A stretch of 64,000 bases of DNA, taken from NCBI GenBank assembly GCA_009103225.1, contig RHPI01002823.1, positions 505,104-569,103 of the forward strand, read 5' to 3'. This stretch comes from Chlorokybus atmophyticus (Eukaryota; Plantae; Mesostigma and Chlorokybus algae). The position numbers were made by a program, and so were the translations under genes. Below are positions 61,992 to 64,000 of this stretch, piece by piece. Within the stretch, counting starts at the first letter, position 1; every line of letters begins with the position of its first letter. The notes below the pieces were generated by a model that was given only the letters and a program-made list of their open reading frames with translations, did no database searches and was not told the origin of the DNA.

Positions 61992-63218
61992 TCGATGCAA
62001 CATTTTTCAGCGTATTATGCTTGTATTTTCCTTGCAATCATTCAAGGCGAAGAGTTCTTGCCGTTTGCATTTAAGAAAGTTTTTGAAGCTAGACCTACCC
62101 GTAAGTTACCTGGTTGTGGATCCGACAATCTCTGCAATGGAACGTCCTATAAGTTTCGAACAAGAAGGGAAGGCCTGCATTGCAAATAAGTAACCATCAA
62201 GCTCAAGCTTAAGCAATTTCCAACTTTCAATTGGCAAAGATAAACTCCTACCGTAAAGGAGATTTTACATAATGAAGGGAGGTCTTTATTCCAAGACTCT
62301 GTTGATATAACCTCAATTGTAAGCATTTTTGTCCACGCAAATACGATGCGCATAAGAGCGCAATATCGTGTGCTTTTATTGTGCCAGCTACTGTTAGGCC
62401 ACCCAACCCCCTCACAACTAATGTCAATGCCTGCCGCTGCTAGGGCACTAAGCATGCTGGGGTAAATAGGCGAGACGAGCGAGCATACGGCCTGGGAGTG
62501 TTGGTTGAGGTGGTATGGTGAGAGTGTGCGATGAATGCAACATGTGTGGAGCACGTGGCTTCACAATGGACTCGAGTAAGTGAGCGTGTGTGTACAAAAG
62601 ATGCAAGCTCCATCATGTGCATGCAAAGCACATTGCATGCAAAGCACACTCCAACTCAGCACACTGCATGCATTCATTTACATATAACACCACCGGGCTA
62701 CATGTTAGCCTATGTACTCACTAAGCACGACACTAACTACCCTAGCACAACATACCAAGGGCTTGAGCCAGCCCTCATGCTTGAGCACACGCATAGCACA
62801 TTGCACACACATCATGTGCATTCCCTTGTAAACCTATGTGTTGCATGAAGCAACAAAACACGCATGCAAACATGCCATGTGGCGTATATATGCACATGCA
62901 AAAAACATGCAAGTGTAGGCAACATAAAGCATGCAGGCAGTCGCTGTGTTGGCATGTATGACTGAGCATCCTATGCACACAACACTGTGACAGCAAAGTC
63001 AATACAGACTTGGGCAATATGCGAGGTGCCTCAATTGGCAATGCACCAGTTGCCAACCTTGCATCGCAGCTGGCAGCAGCATGCAGGTTTACCGCTGTGC
63101 AATCACAGCGACCGAGTGAAGGCACTACCAATAGCGCCAACACATAGTTCCGAAAGGGAATATTGGCCGCATATTGCAAGCCATCCAGCAACAACGCCTG
63201 TACGCTGCAAGGTTCTGG

Positions 63219-64000
63219 TTAATGCGGCCCCTCAACTTCAAGGAGCTGCTTCATCAACTCATACGTCATGAATGCAATGCCAACCCCAGGCACCACTTTG
63301 GAGTATTCTGGTAGTATGCCCCTGTCCAACAGCAACAGCCACAAGTCAGTTTGTGGTGATGCATGAATGGTGATCTGTGTTTCCCCAATTGATGCTGATC
63401 GCCCTTACCTGTACAACCCCTTCAACCCTTCTGTCTTCAGTATGTACGCCAGCGTATGCAGCGCACCCCCTTGGTATACACGAGACCGACCAGCCTGTCC
63501 CTCCAGCTGCATCCTTCTCCTCACCAAGTCAATGGGAAATGTAACTGCATGCATTGACGTGTGTTAGCCCAACACGGACACCAAAGGATAGAGCGCATAC
63601 GTTGAGGCAACCATGCTGTCCACATGCATGTATCATCGATTGCTAAAGGCTGGCCGAAGGTAAGGCCAACTCAACATACCTGATGAGGATGTGATCCCTG
63701 CCAAACTTCCACACGTCAGGCTGACGGCGACTGTAGGTGCTTCAGGTCTGCACACAACATTCACGTGAGCCCCTGTGGTTTGGGCCAATCGTTGACAACC
63801 AACAAACTATCTGTGTGACGACGTACTTATGAGTCAGCCAGTATGCCTTGGTGCTCTCATATACGCAGAAGTTTATTGCCAGATTTGGTCCAACACCCTG
63901 CATGCAGAACACGGTGATGTCTCACATTGCAAGCATGAAATTGCAATCAACAAGCACACTAGTGAAAACAGGACGGCTGGCTTACCATAAGCGTAGGCCC
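63219..64000 (-). CDS. Mitochondrial carrier family (SLC25) protein, 3' part only
   Basis: Exons GPTLM|GVGPNLAINFCVYESTKAYW; VSLTCGSLAGITSSS|VTFPIDLVRRRMQLEG...EGLKGLYR|GILPEYSKVVPGVGIAFMTYELMKQLL. The 5' end lies beyond the window. Confidence 0.92.

Noticed and set aside
1-64000. CRISPR arrays, rRNA genes or prokaryotic operons
   Set aside because: No regularly spaced repeat-spacer array or rRNA-like sequence was seen, and all host genes have spliceosomal introns.

Overview
Eukaryotic green-lineage (Viridiplantae, algal) genomic DNA with GT-AG introns and the standard genetic code, in three compartments. (1) About 1-19 kb is a transposon nest: a full-length but stop-codon-disrupted Ty3/Gypsy chromovirus (7360-14311, minus strand, GTACC target-site duplication [TSD]), a solo LTR of the same family (1208-1731), two different ~0.5 kb TRIM-like mini-retrotransposons with 79-bp LTRs (3978-4511, 15287-15794), an L1/Tx1-like LINE 3' fragment, Tc1/mariner-type MITEs and a foldback element. 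(2) About 19-37 kb is an accessory zone: a PiT/PHO4 phosphate transporter, a decayed gene, a frameshifted small secreted-protein gene resembling (from memory) the ascomycete UVI-1-like family, and a secreted protein with bacterial-style Ig-like repeats whose 3' part is duplicated. (3) About 37.8-64 kb is a compact housekeeping cluster: TAB2, archease, SRT1, LSM4, RETICULATA-like, CPI1, pelota, thylakoid lumen 15 kDa protein 2-like, tRNA-Pro(AGG) and a partial mitochondrial carrier, plus a Penelope-like fragment. The best novelty candidate is the TRIM pair: they share integrase termini, PBS and PPT with the neighbouring chromovirus, conserve RNA hairpins despite unrelated LTR cores, and carry a tRNA-type Pol III A-box in the LTR, with a correctly spaced B-box just past the PBS in TRIM-A. 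The fungal-like secreted gene (possible horizontal transfer) is second. All family assignments are from motif recognition by eye; no database search was run.
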